Of a stretch of 64,000 nt of DNA, positions 18,330 through 29,251 are shown piece after piece (within the stretch, counting starts at the first letter, position 1; each line of letters begins with the position of its first letter). The stretch covers positions 13,614 to 77,613 of the forward strand of contig CAWDPX010000007.1 in the NCBI GenBank assembly GCA_963804345.1, given 5' to 3'. The translations under genes were made by a program, and so were the position numbers. The stretch is from an uncultured Verrucomicrobiae bacterium. GTDB taxonomy: Bacteria > Verrucomicrobiota > Verrucomicrobiia > Limisphaerales > UBA11358. The notes beneath the pieces are model-generated. The model was given only the letters and a program-made list of their open reading frames with translations. It was not told where the DNA came from and searched no databases.

Positions 18330-19262
18330 TCAACTCTTTTTGAATTTCCACGCCGAATCGAGCATCTCCTGACTGTACGGTTCGGGGACCACGCCCGAGG
18401 CCGCGTAAAGATAAAGCGCGCCCTTGTAGATCTGGCCGGCCAGACTCGTCAAATAGGAGAGCACGAACATCGCCACCAGCCAGAGCACGCCGGCGATGCC
18501 AAGGAGCCAGAAATTTTTCAACAGGATGGAAACCGCCAGCGCGCCAAAGAGAAAAACCATCGAGACGAGCAGCATCAGCCCGCTGACCATGCCCAGGCCG
18601 ACGTAACCAATCAGCGCCTCGCCCCAGGTGCGTTTCAGGATGCCGGCGGATTTCTTGAGCAGGGCCACCGGATTGGCATTTTGCTCCTCGCACACGATGA
18701 TGGGGATGACAAAGACCGCCGCGATGCTCCACGCGATGCCGATAAAGCGCGCGATGATCCGGCCCACGAAACTCAGCCGCTCCTCCAGTTGCCGGATGAT
18801 CAGGCCCACCAGCCCGGCAAACAAAGCCCACATCAAGACCGCCTTCCATTTCGTGCCGGCAAACTTCAACCCGCGGATGATGGACACCGGCTGTCCGCCC
18901 AGGGCGACGAGGATTTCGTGGTAGAAAGCGACGTTAAAAAACGTGGCGAAAAACATCGAAACAAAATAGAGAAACGCCAGATAAACCATCGCGCCCGGCG
19001 TGAGGCTGCCCCGGGAGTTGTTTCCGGCGGCGTCCGGGGCCTGGGTGAACAGCGAATGGCCGATGGCCTGCCAGTGCTGGGCCGAGGCATAGGAATAACC
19101 CGTGGGCCGCAGCACCACCGGCGCGAGGAAGAACAGAAAGATCATCATGGTCAGGAAGAAAATGATGATGGGAAAGACCAGCAACTGTTTGTTTCTGGCG
19201 ATGATGAAGAGGGAACTCTTGAACAACTGCCAGCTTCGTTGAAATCTGCTCATTATGTTCAT
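18330..19262 (-). CDS. DUF6159-like membrane protein
   Basis: RFQRSWQLFKSS, LKRTWGE, LYLYAASG motifs; multi-TM. Confidence 0.75.
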   Translation of the reverse strand: MNIMSRFQRSWQLFKSSLFIIARNKQLLVFPIIIFFLTMMIFLFFLAPVVLRPTGYSYASAQHWQAIGHSLFTQAPDAAGNNSRGSLTPGAMVYLAFLYFVSMFFATFFNVAFYHEILVALGGQPVSIIRGLKFAGTKWKAVLMWALFAGLVGLIIRQLEERLSFVGRIIARFIGIAWSIAAVFVIPIIVCEEQNANPVALLKKSAGILKRTWGEALIGYVGLGMVSGLMLLVSMVFLFGALAVSILLKNFWLLGIAGVLWLVAMFVLSYLTSLAGQIYKGALYLYAASGVVPEPYSQEMLDSAWKFKKS

Positions 19263-19420
19263 GGCGTCTCTTTCGTAAGGATGAATGTTATTGGTCCACG
19301 GTTGTTTGGTTGCGAACGGCTTGAATCACCCGGATGCGAAACCAGCAAAACTTATGCCACCAGCCCGGATATTGTCAGCAACAATTTTTCCAGCGCCAGA
19401 AAACTGGGAGCAGCCAGATT

Positions 19421-22400
19421 TTACCGGACTTCGCCGGTTGGCCCATGTTTGCGATTATGCGCCATGTAGTAAAGCACCGGCACAGCCATGCGGCTGATGA
19501 ACAGAGATGCGATTTCCCCCGCCATCAGCGAGATGGCCAGGCCCTGGAAAATCGGGTCGGCCAGAATGACGCTCGCGCCCACCACCACCGCCAGCGCCGT
19601 CAACAGCATCGGACGAAAGCGCACCGAGCCGGCGTCCACCACCGCTTCCGCCAGTGGCATGCCTTCGCGCAGCCGCTGTTCGATGAAGTCCACCAGAATG
19701 ATGGAATTGCGCACCACAATTCCCGCGCCGGCCATGAATCCAATCATCGAAGTGGCGGTGAAAAAGGCGTGCAGCGCGCCGTGTGCCGGCAGAATGCCAA
19801 CCAGTGAGAAGGGAATCGCCGCCATCACAATCACCGGCGTCAGAAACGACCGGAACCAGCCGACCATCAAAATGTAAATCAGCACCAATACCGCCGCGAA
19901 CGCCAGGCCGAGGTCGCGGAACACCTCGATGGTGATGTGCCACTCCCCATCCCACTTGATGGAAGGCTGCTGGTCGGTGAACGGCTGGACGGCGTTGTAA
20001 ATCCTGATTGGAGCGCCGGTCTCCGACCCGGCGTGTTTCAATTCATTGTCATTTCGAGCCGTGCCGGAGGCTGGCGCTCCACCAAACTGGCGCGCATCGA
20101 GCTTTCGCAAGACTTCGTTCATTTTCAAGATGGCATAGACCGGGCTTTCCACCACCCCCGCCACGTCGCCAATGACGTAGGTCACGGGCATGAGATTTTT
20201 ATGGTAAATGCTTTTATCGGTGATGGTGCGCTCGATGGTCACGAGTTCGCGCAAGGGCACGAGCGGCGGCGGGGCGGTTGCCGAACCCGGCTCGGGCAAT
20301 GCATTGGCGTCACCGGAGCGAACGCGCAATGCCAGCAATTCCTCCGGGCTGGTCCGGCTCGCCAGTGGCAGTTGCAGGACGATGTTCACGTCCTCCTTCT
20401 CGCGCGGGACGTGCAGCAAATCCACCGATTCGCCGCCCACGGCGATGCGCAGGGTTTCGGAAATGGTCTCGGCGCTGATGCCGTGAAGTGCGGCCTTTTC
20501 CTTGTCTATGACGAAACTCACCTTCGGCTGGTCGGCCTCGATGTACCAGTCCGTGTCCACCACCCCCGGCGTGCTGTGAAAAATATCCATGACCTTCCGC
20601 GCCAACGCCAGGCGATCCTGCTCGTTGGGTCCGTAAATTTCGGCGACCAAGGTTTGCAGCACGGGCGGGCCGGGCGGGACTTCCGCGACGGCCACGCGCG
20701 CGCCGTATTTCGCGGCGATGGCGGCCACGCGCGGACGCACGCGTTTGGCGACGTCGTGGCTCTGCGCTTTGCGTTTGCCCTTCGGCACGAGGTTGATCTG
20801 AAGGTCGGCAACGTTTGCGCCGTGCCGCATGAAATAATGGCGCACGAGGCCGTTGAAATTGAACGGCGAGGCGACCCCGGCATAGATTTCGTAATCGGTC
20901 ACCTCCGGTTCGGTGCGGACAACCGCGGCGATTTCGCGCGCCGCCTCCGTGGTGCGTTCGAGCGAACTGCCCTCCGGCATGTTGAGAATGATCTGAAATT
21001 CGCTCTTGTTGTCGAACGGCAGCATTTTCACCTTCACCCAGCCGATGCCGACCAGCGCCATCGCGACGAGTAAAAGTCCCGTGATGCCCGCCAGGAATGC
21101 GTAACGCCAGCGCCGGTGCGCGATCAGCGGCCCCATGAAACGGCGATACAGGCGCGTGAAAAAATCCTCCTCGTGTGCAAAGTGAGATTGCGGCTGGTCA
21201 CCTTCGGCCACACAGGCGGCGCCTTCGGTGAGACAGGTATATTTTCGTCCCCACCGCAAAATACGAATGCTCGCCCACGGGGTGACGATGAAGGCGATGG
21301 CCAGCGAGAAAAACATGGCCGCGCTGGAGCCGATGGGGATCGGCCGCATGTACGGCCCCATCAAACCGCCCACAAACGCCATCGGCAGCACGGCGGCAAT
21401 CACCGCGAACGTGGCGAGGATGGTCGGGTTGCCGACTTCGCTGACCGCCTCAACCGCGATGTCGTTCCACTTCCGGCCTTTGCTGGACGGAAGGTGAAAA
21501 TGGCGGACGATGTTCTCGATCACGACGATGGCGTCGTCCACGAGGATGCCGATGGAAAAAATCAGCGCGAAAAGAGTGATGCGGTTTAGCGTGAAGCCAT
21601 GCAGGTAAAACACCAGCAACGTCAGCGCCAGTGTGGACGGAATCGCAATGGCCACGATGATGGATTCGCGCCAGCCCAGCGTGAACAAGATCAACAGCGA
21701 GACGCCGACCACGGCAATCAGCATGTGCCAGAGCAGTTCGTTGGATTTCTCCTCCGCCGTCAGACCGTAATTCCGGGTAACGGAAACCTGCACGTCGGCG
21801 GGAATGACGCGGCCCTTGAGCGTATTGATTTTTCTCAGGACTTCGTCGGCGACGGTGATGGCGTTGGCCCCCGGTCGTTTGGCAATGGAAAGCGTGACGG
21901 CGGGTTGTTCAGAGTAGGGCGGGCGTCCCGCCTGCCCGTTTTTCATCGCCTCGCTTGCGCTCGGCTGGGCAGGCGAGACGCCTGCCCGACCTTGCCCAAA
22001 AAAAACATACTGCGACGGCTCTTCCGCGCCGTCCACGTTGCCGGCGACTTCGCGCAGATAAACCGGTTTGCCGCCGAACACGCCGACAACCACGTTCCCA
22101 ACGTCCTCCGCGCTGGTCAGAAACGCGCCGGTTTCAACCACCACTTCTTTGTTATTGCTGGTCAATCCGCCGGCGGTGAACTGGCGGTTTGCCTGTTGCA
22201 GCATCGGAATCAAACCGGCGGGGCTGAGATTGCGCGAAGCCAGCCGGGCTGGGTCGAGCAGCACCCGTACCTGCCGTTGTGCGCCGCCGATGAGGGTGGT
22301 TTCGGCCACTTGCGGCACCTGCTTGACCGCGTCGTCCACCTGCGCCACCAGCCGCCGCAACGTGAGATGGTCATAGCGCGCGCTGTGGAATGTGAGTGCC

Positions 22401-22861
22401 AGAATCGGCACGTCGTCGATGGACCGCGCCTTGATGAGCGGTTGCGAAACACCATGCGGAATTTTGTCGAAGTTCGATTGCAGCTTCTGGTTCAGCTTGA
22501 CGACGCTCCGCTCCATGTCCTCGCCGACCTTGAACCGAACAATGACGACCGACTGCCCTTCGCTCGAAGTCGAGTAGATGTATTCCACACCGGGAATTTC
22601 CCAGAGCAGCTTTTCCATCGGGCGCGTGGCGCGCTCCTCGACTTCCTTGGCGCTGGAGCCGGGCATCGAAACCAGCACGTCCACCATCGGCACCTTGATT
22701 TGCGGTTCCTCCTCGCGCGGCAGCATCCACACCGCGAACGCGCCGAGCAGCACCGACGTGATGATGATGAGTGGCGTGAGCTTGGAATCAATGAACGCGT
22801 GGGCCACGCGTCCGGCGATGCCGGGATGTTCGACAGATGATTTGGCCGGCTCGGCTTTCAT
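19421..22861 (-). CDS. RND efflux permease (AcrB/CusA family)
   Basis: [40 protein letters not shown]. Confidence 0.95.
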   Translation of the reverse strand: MKAEPAKSSVEHPGIAGRVAHAFIDSKLTPLIIITSVLLGAFAVWMLPREEEPQIKVPMVDVLVSMPGSSAKEVEERATRPMEKLLWEIPGVEYIYSTSSEGQSVVIVRFKVGEDMERSVVKLNQKLQSNFDKIPHGVSQPLIKARSIDDVPILALTFHSARYDHLTLRRLVAQVDDAVKQVPQVAETTLIGGAQRQVRVLLDPARLASRNLSPAGLIPMLQQANRQFTAGGLTSNNKEVVVETGAFLTSAEDVGNVVVGVFGGKPVYLREVAGNVDGAEEPSQYVFFGQGRAGVSPAQPSASEAMKNGQAGRPPYSEQPAVTLSIAKRPGANAITVADEVLRKINTLKGRVIPADVQVSVTRNYGLTAEEKSNELLWHMLIAVVGVSLLILFTLGWRESIIVAIAIPSTLALTLLVFYLHGFTLNRITLFALIFSIGILVDDAIVVIENIVRHFHLPSSKGRKWNDIAVEAVSEVGNPTILATFAVIAAVLPMAFVGGLMGPYMRPIPIGSSAAMFFSLAIAFIVTPWASIRILRWGRKYTCLTEGAACVAEGDQPQSHFAHEEDFFTRLYRRFMGPLIAHRRWRYAFLAGITGLLLVAMALVGIGWVKVKMLPFDNKSEFQIILNMPEGSSLERTTEAAREIAAVVRTEPEVTDYEIYAGVASPFNFNGLVRHYFMRHGANVADLQINLVPKGKRKAQSHDVAKRVRPRVAAIAAKYGARVAVAEVPPGPPVLQTLVAEIYGPNEQDRLALARKVMDIFHSTPGVVDTDWYIEADQPKVSFVIDKEKAALHGISAETISETLRIAVGGESVDLLHVPREKEDVNIVLQLPLASRTSPEELLALRVRSGDANALPEPGSATAPPPLVPLRELVTIERTITDKSIYHKNLMPVTYVIGDVAGVVESPVYAILKMNEVLRKLDARQFGGAPASGTARNDNELKHAGSETGAPIRIYNAVQPFTDQQPSIKWDGEWHITIEVFRDLGLAFAAVLVLIYILMVGWFRSFLTPVIVMAAIPFSLVGILPAHGALHAFFTATSMIGFMAGAGIVVRNSIILVDFIEQRLREGMPLAEAVVDAGSVRFRPMLLTALAVVVGASVILADPIFQGLAISLMAGEIASLFISRMAVPVLYYMAHNRKHGPTGEVR
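20009..20081. repeat. REP pair inserted in frame in RND permease
   Basis: TGGAGCGCCGGTCTCCGACCCGGC ... GCCGTGCCGGAGGCTGGCGCTCCA. Confidence 0.75.
21914..21990. repeat. GTAG-type REP pair inserted in frame in RND permease
   Basis: GTAGGGCGGGCGTCCCGCCTGCCC ... GGGCAGGCGAGACGCCTGCCCGAC. Confidence 0.8.
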
Positions 22862-23889
22862 GGATTGATGGTCAGGGGTTGTCCATCAACCAGGCTGGCA
22901 ACGCCGTCCACCACCACCCGCTCGCCTGCGTCCACCCCGGAAACCAGATCGACTTCGTCGCCGATGCGTTTGCCGGTTTTGACGATGCGCAATTGCGCGT
23001 GCCCGTTCACCACCACAAAAACCAGTTCCATCTGTCCGCGTTGCACCACCGCCGATGCAGGCGCACGCAGTGCGGAAGTTTCTCCCACCGGCATGGCCGC
23101 GCGCCCAAACTGGCCAGCCCGCAAACCGGGCGTGGTCGGCAGGTCAAGTTTGACGAGAAAGGTGCGGCTGCTGGGATCGGCGGACGGCGCGATCTCGCTG
23201 ATGACGCCATCAAGTTCGTTGGTCACGCCGGACACGCGCACTCCGAGCTTGTCGCCGAGGGTGAGATGGCTGATGACCGCTTCCGGCACGTCGGCTTCGA
23301 GCCGCAAATCGCGGGCGTCCTCCATTTCCAGCAGCGGTTTGCCCGGCGAGGCGAGATCGCCCACGTCCACGTATTTGCGGGTGATGACGCCGTCGAACGG
23401 CGCGATGACTTTGGTGTAACCGAGCAGGGCTTCCGCTTCCGTCGCCGCCGCGTCCGCCACGCGAAACTTCGACTGGGCGTTGTCGTACTCGGATTGCGAA
23501 AGGATTTTTTGCTGAATCAGGTCCGTGGCGCGTTTCAAATCGCTCTGCGCCTGCTGGCGCACCGCCAGCGCCTGATCGAGCTGGGCCTGCACTTCGCGTG
23601 CGTCGAGCTGCACCAGCAACTCGCCGGTCTTAACATTCTGGCCGGGCACCACCAGCATTTTTTCAATCCGACCGCTGATCTTGGCTTCGATGACGGAGTG
23701 CAGTTTGGCGCGCACCGTGCCCACCACTTCTTCGGTGGCGATGCGTTGTTTGTTCTCGACGGTTTGCACGCGGACGGCGGCGGGCGGCAGGTTTTCTGAA
23801 ACCGGCAGGCCAACCTTCTCGCGGCAGCCGGCCAACAACAATGCCGTCAACAATACGGCCAGGCTGGCAGTTCTTTTGTGCATTTTCAT
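22858..23889 (-). CDS. RND membrane fusion protein (periplasmic adaptor), lipoprotein
   Basis: Lipobox LAGC; lipoyl halves, [13 protein letters not shown]. Confidence 0.92.
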   Translation of the reverse strand: MKMHKRTASLAVLLTALLLAGCREKVGLPVSENLPPAAVRVQTVENKQRIATEEVVGTVRAKLHSVIEAKISGRIEKMLVVPGQNVKTGELLVQLDAREVQAQLDQALAVRQQAQSDLKRATDLIQQKILSQSEYDNAQSKFRVADAAATEAEALLGYTKVIAPFDGVITRKYVDVGDLASPGKPLLEMEDARDLRLEADVPEAVISHLTLGDKLGVRVSGVTNELDGVISEIAPSADPSSRTFLVKLDLPTTPGLRAGQFGRAAMPVGETSALRAPASAVVQRGQMELVFVVVNGHAQLRIVKTGKRIGDEVDLVSGVDAGERVVVDGVASLVDGQPLTINP

Positions 23890-23890
23890 A

Positions 23891-24142
23891 TCAGGTCTTG
23901 TGGCTGGCGTCACCGGAGCAGCACGAATCGCCGGTCTTTTCCCCGCCGCAGCAGGAGCCGCTGACGCCGAGTTTTTTCAGGATGATTTCCAGCGGACAGA
24001 ATTTCGTGAACGACGATTGCAACAGGTTGAAGCCGACAAAGGCGGTGACCCAGAGCCAGTATTGGCTGTGATAATGCGCCAGCAACAGGCTGGCCAGGAC
24101 GAAGATTCCGGCGAACCGGCGGATGATGAGTTCCATTTTCAT
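23891..24142 (-). CDS. DUF2892 (YgaP-like) membrane protein
   Basis: IIRRFAG..FVGFNLLQSSFTKFCPL; Cys-rich tail. Confidence 0.85.
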   Translation of the reverse strand: MKMELIIRRFAGIFVLASLLLAHYHSQYWLWVTAFVGFNLLQSSFTKFCPLEIILKKLGVSGSCCGGEKTGDSCCSGDASHKT

Positions 24143-24165
24143 AATCGGATTCGTTGGGTTGAGGT

Positions 24166-24333
24166 TTAATGAAAACTGCCCGCAATCAATGCACCCACGG
24201 TCATGCCATAGAGCGTGGCTACAAAAGGATTGGCAGTCAATGGACAAGCGCCGGTCGAACAGCCGACCAGTTTGTGCCAGCCGAAGCCGAGCCCGGCTCC
24301 AACTGCGGCTCCGATGAGGAGGCGCAGGATCAT
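24166..24333 (-). CDS. DUF6132-like 55-aa membrane protein (absent from ORF track)
   Basis: MILRLLIGAAVGAGLGFGWHKLVGCSTGACPLTANPFVATLYGMTVGALIAGSFH. Confidence 0.8.
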   Translation of the reverse strand: MILRLLIGAAVGAGLGFGWHKLVGCSTGACPLTANPFVATLYGMTVGALIAGSFH

Positions 24334-24395
24334 GGCGAGCGCCTTTTGGTTTGCGATGTTTTTTGATGGACAACCAATTCAATCATGTTATAATT

Positions 24396-24415
24396 ATATA
24401 ACCATATAGTTATAT
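24396..24415. promoter_or_regulatory. Putative ArsR operator
   Basis: Inverted repeat ATATAAC-N6-GTTATAT overlapping the arsR start in an AT-rich divergent promoter. Confidence 0.65.
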
Positions 24416-24722
24416 GTCAAACAAAAAATTCATGCGGGTGGCGGACGGGCGGGAACTTGACCGGATGGCCGCCCGGTTCAAGCTGCTGGGCGAGCCGATG
24501 CGGCTGAAGATTTTGCAGGCCGTCTGCCGGGGGCCGCGCACCGTGAACGACATCGTGACGGCCACCGGCTCCACGCAAGCCAACGTGTCCAAGCATCTCG
24601 CGCTGCTGGCCGCCGGGGGTGTCCTGACCCGTAAAAAGGAGGGGCAGTGTGTTTATTACGGCATGAAGAACCGGCTGGTGATGAAACTGTGCGAACTGGT
24701 GCACTCGCAGCCCGCCGATTAA
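24414..24722 (+). CDS. ArsR/SmtB family regulator
   Basis: FKLLGEPMRLKIL, QANVSKHL, KEGQCVYY. Confidence 0.92.
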   Translation: MSNKKFMRVADGRELDRMAARFKLLGEPMRLKILQAVCRGPRTVNDIVTATGSTQANVSKHLALLAAGGVLTRKKEGQCVYYGMKNRLVMKLCELVHSQPAD

Positions 24723-24724
24723 CC

Positions 24725-26446
24725 TCATTCACCGTCTTTCGCAACGGACACTTCCGCCCGCAGCAAGTCGTGCAGCGTGACCAGGCCGATAACCTTGCCG
24801 TCCGGCCGGTCCAACACGACGACAAAATGGCTGGTGGATTCGATTAACAGATGTTGCAGATCGCGAATCGTCTGTTCGCGCAGGCAGGTGGTGGCCCGTT
24901 CCAGTTTGGGCGCGCGATTTTCCACCAAAGCCAGCCCGGCTTCCTTGCGCGTGAGAATGCCGGCCAGCCGGTCGTTTTGTTCCACCGGAAAACGCTGATA
25001 CGGATGCGCCTTGAGCATCGGCTCGATTTCGGCGGCGGCCAGGCTGCGCAACGTTACCGGCTGGAAACTGGCGATGGCGGACACGGGCAGTTGCTGCCAG
25101 CTTTGTAAATCGCGCGGCGGACGGACGTGTTCGATCTGATGGCCGTCCTGGGTCAGCAGGGCGTCGTAGAAATTCTGGCGGTTCAGCTTGCGGCTGATGG
25201 CCTGGCTCACCAGAGCGCCGATCATCAGGACCGGCACCAGCGAAAATTCATGCGTCATCTCAAACACGATGAGGATGCCCGTGACCGGCGCGCCCACCAC
25301 CGCCCCCAGACAGGCGCTCATTCCGACCACAACCAGCGTCAGCATGTCCGTGTGCGCCATCGGCCATTCCAATCCCACCAGCCCCGCCACCAGCGCGCCC
25401 GTCATGCCGCCAAAAAACAGCGCCGGTGAAAAAATTCCGCCACAACCGCCAAACCCGTAACAACAAAACGTGGCGATGAACTTGGCGACCAGCAGCCCCG
25501 CCGCCAGTTGCCAGCCAATGTCGCCCGCCAGCGCGCCGGACAAATCGTCGTAGCCCAGGCTGAACACGCCGAGATGGCCGGTGCGCCAGAAGATGAATAC
25601 GCCGAGCGTCCAGGTGACCAGCCCGCCAAACACCGGCAGCAGCCAGCCGGGAACCCGGCGGTTCTGTTTCATCCGGAAACGCAAACCCAAAGACGCCCTT
25701 TGAAAGTAAACTCCCACCAACCCGGCCAGCGCGGCCACGACTGGCGCGAGAATGAAACCAATCCACGACGGCGTGTCCGCGCCCGCCAGGATGAAGGCGG
25801 GTTGTTTGCCGATGATGCCATGCACCGCCAACGCGCCGAGGACCGACGCCAGCAGCACACCGCCCAGCAGCCGGCTGTTGAGGTCGCCGATGATTTCCTC
25901 AAGCACGAATGTCGTGGCGGCCAGCGGGGTGTTGAACGCCGCCGCCAGACCCGCCGCCGCGCCCGCCGCCGCTGCGGGCCGGCGATTCTGTTTCGCTTCG
26001 CCGGTCAGGCCGGCCAGGTTGGAAGCGACGGCACCGGCCAGTTGCACGCTGGGACCTTCGCGTCCCATGCTGGAACCGCCGCCGACGCTGAGGATGCCGG
26101 CGATGAATTTCACCCAGGCGACGCGCCACGGCACCAAACCAAAATCCTTCCAGAAAGCGAGCTTGAGTTGCGGAATGCCGCTGCCGGCCGCCTCAACACA
26201 AAACGAATTTAACAGCCAGCCCACCAAAAGCGACGAGACGGTGATGACGGCAAAGCTGCCGATGAGAAAAGTCGTTAGGGATTGATGGGAAAGCTGTACC
26301 AGCCCCAGCCGGTAAAGCCAGTTCATGCCCAATTGGAAGACCACAGCGGCGCTGCCGGCGACCAGTCCGTAAAGGCACATCTGCACGATGGCGCGGGTTT
26401 GCTTCGGCAGCTTTTGAAAAAACTCAACGGTGAACAAGGTCGTCAC
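24725..26446 (-). CDS. ClC chloride channel/antiporter with CBS domains
   Basis: GSGIP, GREGP, GGIFSP motifs; C-terminal CBS pair. Confidence 0.93.
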   Translation of the reverse strand: MTTLFTVEFFQKLPKQTRAIVQMCLYGLVAGSAAVVFQLGMNWLYRLGLVQLSHQSLTTFLIGSFAVITVSSLLVGWLLNSFCVEAAGSGIPQLKLAFWKDFGLVPWRVAWVKFIAGILSVGGGSSMGREGPSVQLAGAVASNLAGLTGEAKQNRRPAAAAGAAAGLAAAFNTPLAATTFVLEEIIGDLNSRLLGGVLLASVLGALAVHGIIGKQPAFILAGADTPSWIGFILAPVVAALAGLVGVYFQRASLGLRFRMKQNRRVPGWLLPVFGGLVTWTLGVFIFWRTGHLGVFSLGYDDLSGALAGDIGWQLAAGLLVAKFIATFCCYGFGGCGGIFSPALFFGGMTGALVAGLVGLEWPMAHTDMLTLVVVGMSACLGAVVGAPVTGILIVFEMTHEFSLVPVLMIGALVSQAISRKLNRQNFYDALLTQDGHQIEHVRPPRDLQSWQQLPVSAIASFQPVTLRSLAAAEIEPMLKAHPYQRFPVEQNDRLAGILTRKEAGLALVENRAPKLERATTCLREQTIRDLQHLLIESTSHFVVVLDRPDGKVIGLVTLHDLLRAEVSVAKDGE

Positions 26447-26525
26447 AGCCTGCTATTTTCAACAATCCCCGCCCTGTTAAAAGCAAATTTACGGTGTGGA
26501 ATATCCATGAGCTTGGGAAACAAAG

Positions 26526-27362
26526 TCACTTCTCCACCGGCTGGCCGGCCTTGGCCCAGGCTTTGAAGCCGCCGGGCAGATTGTAGAGATTGGGAAAATC
26601 CAGGCGGCTCAGCTTCTCGCACGCCCGGACACTTCGCCCGCCGACCGCGCAATGCACCAGATACGTCTTGCTCTTGTCGAGGGCGGCGGCTTTGGCCTGA
26701 AAGTCCGGCGCGTTATAGTCGAGGTTCACGGCCCCGGGAATATGGCCGGCGGCGAATTCCCCCGGAGTGCGCACGTCCAGAATCACATTTTGTTTGTCCG
26801 CCGCCATGCGCGCGAATTCATCAACGCTCAAATTCTTGTAGGCGGCGGTGGGCGCGCCGGTTTCGGTGTGGCGTTGCAGCTTGGGCAGGACTTCCGCCGG
26901 GCCGCCGCCGGCATAGCCGGTTTCCTGAAAGACCGTCTGGCCGTCGTCATTCAGCAGAACGATGGTGGGAAAACCTTCGTCCGGCGCCGGGCTGAGATTG
27001 AACCTGGCCTTCAACGCGGCGTTCGCCCGCCTCAACTCCTCGTCCTGTTTGTGTTTATTGGGGAAGTCCACGTCCACGAGCACGAGCGCCCGGCGGGCGT
27101 ATTGGGCAAAAGCGGGCGAGTCAAACACCTGGCGCTGCATCTCAACGCACGCCGGGCACCAGTCGGAGCCATGAAAAAAGAGCAGGACGGATTTCTTTTC
27201 AGCCCTGGCCCGGGCCTGCGCCGATGGCAGGTCGGTGAGCCAGGTTAGTCCGGTTGTAGAGGACTGTTGTGCGGTGACCGGCGTTTGTGGATCGGCGGCA
27301 GCCGCGGCCATGCTGGCCAGCAAAGTTGTGAAGATTAACGCGGTGATGGGATTGGGTTTCAT
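26526..27362 (-). CDS. Secreted thioredoxin-rhodanese fusion
   Basis: Signal peptide; GSDWCPAC; DVRTPGEFAAGHIPGA, HCAVGGRS. Confidence 0.88.
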   Translation of the reverse strand: MKPNPITALIFTTLLASMAAAAADPQTPVTAQQSSTTGLTWLTDLPSAQARARAEKKSVLLFFHGSDWCPACVEMQRQVFDSPAFAQYARRALVLVDVDFPNKHKQDEELRRANAALKARFNLSPAPDEGFPTIVLLNDDGQTVFQETGYAGGGPAEVLPKLQRHTETGAPTAAYKNLSVDEFARMAADKQNVILDVRTPGEFAAGHIPGAVNLDYNAPDFQAKAAALDKSKTYLVHCAVGGRSVRACEKLSRLDFPNLYNLPGGFKAWAKAGQPVEK

Positions 27363-27550
27363 ATTTGATGCGCTTTGCGTCCATAGACCCGTTCGTACGC
27401 GCGGCAGAACGGGCACATCCGGGATTCGATTTTTTTTACCAGCCAGAACGCGGCGCCGCGCTGTTGCTTTCGCGCGCGCCGGCAGACCAGGCAATTCACG
27501 CAGAATTCGGCCAGGGTTTTGTCGAGTTGAGATGGTTTCTGGACGCGCAT
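27359..27550 (-). CDS. 63-aa Cys-rich small protein
   Basis: CVNCLVC...CPFCRAYERVYGRKAH; stop overlaps next start (ATGA). Confidence 0.7.
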   Translation of the reverse strand: MRVQKPSQLDKTLAEFCVNCLVCRRARKQQRGAAFWLVKKIESRMCPFCRAYERVYGRKAHQI

Positions 27551-27697
27551 GTCACCGCAATATATCCTTTTTTGCGCGGCAAGTGAAGTTGGATCGGCAG
27601 GAACAGTCCGCGCGCATTTGAAGGTGGCCGGTCTCGATATGTTCATTCGCTTTTTTTTATCAAGACGGCGATGATTGAAAACCAAAACTGACCAACC

Positions 27698-28720
27698 ATG
27701 AAAGTTCTCTTCCTCGGCGGCACCGGCATCATCAGCACGGCCTGCACCCAACAGGCGGTGGCGCGCGGATTTCACGTGACCCTGCTCAATCGCGCCCGGC
27801 GCCCCGTGTTGCCCGGCACACATCAAATCACGGCCGACATTACCGATCCTGCGGCGACGGCGGCGGCGTTGGGCGAACAGAACTGGGACGCCGTGGTGGA
27901 TTTCATCGCCTTCACGCCGGCGGAGATCGAGCAACGCATCGCGCTCTTCCGGGGTCGGACGGGCCAGTACGTTTTCATCAGCTCGGCCAGCGCCTATCAA
28001 AAGCCGCTCGCGCATTACCTCATCACCGAGTCCACGCCGCTGGCGAACCCGTTCTGGGATTATTCGCGGAACAAGGCGGCAGGTGAGGAACGACTGCAGC
28101 AGGCGTGGCGCGAGGAGGCGTTTCCGGCGACAACGATTCGTCCGTCGCTGACCTATGGCGACACCGTTGTGCCGCTGGCGGTGAACAGCTGGCTCAAGAG
28201 TTACACGGCGGTGGACCGGATGCGGCGGGGGCTGCCGGTGATCGTGCCCGGCGACGGACTGTCGCTCTGGACCATCACGCACAACAGCGATTTTGCCAAG
28301 GGCCTGGTCGGGTTGCTCGGCCAGCAAGGCGCAATCGGTCAGGCTTTTCAAATTACCTCCAACGAGGTCCTGACGTGGAATCAGATTTATCAATTCACGG
28401 CGGAGGCGGCGGGCGTTCCGGCACCCCGGCTGGTGCATATCGCCTCCGATTTCATCACGGCCTGCCTTCCGGAAGACACGGGGACGTTGCTGGGCGACAA
28501 GTCGCACTCCGCCGTGTTCGACAACACCAAGATCAAACGCTTCGTGCCCGATTTCACCACCATCACGCGATACCGCGAGGGCATATTGTGCACCATCGCG
28601 TGGTTCGACGCCGACCCGGCGCGGCAGCAGATTGACGAGGAGGCCAACGCCGCGTGGGACCGGCTGATTGCCGCCTATGAACGCGGGCTCGAGGCCGCCC
28701 GGCGCGAGTTTGGGCGCTGA
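27698..28720 (+). CDS. NAD-dependent epimerase/dehydratase (extended SDR)
   Basis: GGTGIIS, FISSASAY, YSRNK. Confidence 0.92.
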   Translation: MKVLFLGGTGIISTACTQQAVARGFHVTLLNRARRPVLPGTHQITADITDPAATAAALGEQNWDAVVDFIAFTPAEIEQRIALFRGRTGQYVFISSASAYQKPLAHYLITESTPLANPFWDYSRNKAAGEERLQQAWREEAFPATTIRPSLTYGDTVVPLAVNSWLKSYTAVDRMRRGLPVIVPGDGLSLWTITHNSDFAKGLVGLLGQQGAIGQAFQITSNEVLTWNQIYQFTAEAAGVPAPRLVHIASDFITACLPEDTGTLLGDKSHSAVFDNTKIKRFVPDFTTITRYREGILCTIAWFDADPARQQIDEEANAAWDRLIAAYERGLEAARREFGR

Positions 28721-28753
28721 AAATTGATTCCGAAAAACACAATCCAACAAATC

Positions 28754-29251
28754 ATGGTTAAGAACCCTCTTCCCATTGACGCCCAAGTCAGGATTGGCCA
28801 TGTGCATCTCAAGGTGGCCGATCTCAAACGGGCAATGGGTTTCTATCGCGACGTGTTGGGCTTCGAACTGACTCAGCGGTTCGGGTCACAGGCGGCGTTT
28901 CTCTCCGCCGGCGGGTATCATCATCACATTGGCCTCAACACCTGGGAAAGTGCGGGTGGTTCGCCGCCGTCGCCGGGCACGACGGGGTTGTATCACGTGG
29001 CGATTCTATATCCGACCCGCGTGCTGCTGGCGGATGCGTTGCGGCGCCTGCGGGCGGCGGGAATTGAACTGGACGGCGCGGCGGACCACGGCGTGAGCGA
29101 AGCGCTTTATCTGCGCGACCCGGATGGCAACGGCGTGGAGCTTTATTGGGATCGTCCGCGAGAGCTATGGCCGCGCACACCGGACGGCGGCTTGGCGATG
29201 TTTACGCGGACACTGGACTTGGATGCGCTGCTGAATGAACAACCCCGTTGA
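28754..29251 (+). CDS. VOC/glyoxalase family protein (CatE-like)
   Basis: IGHVHLKV, GGYHHHIGLNTW, DHGVSEALYLRDPDGNGVELY. Confidence 0.9.
   Translation: MVKNPLPIDAQVRIGHVHLKVADLKRAMGFYRDVLGFELTQRFGSQAAFLSAGGYHHHIGLNTWESAGGSPPSPGTTGLYHVAILYPTRVLLADALRRLRAAGIELDGAADHGVSEALYLRDPDGNGVELYWDRPRELWPRTPDGGLAMFTRTLDLDALLNEQPR

Noticed and set aside
27551..28807. N-terminal ~420 aa of the 482-aa minus-strand ORF
   Set aside because: Antisense to the SDR gene; only the last 63 codons look like a real protein
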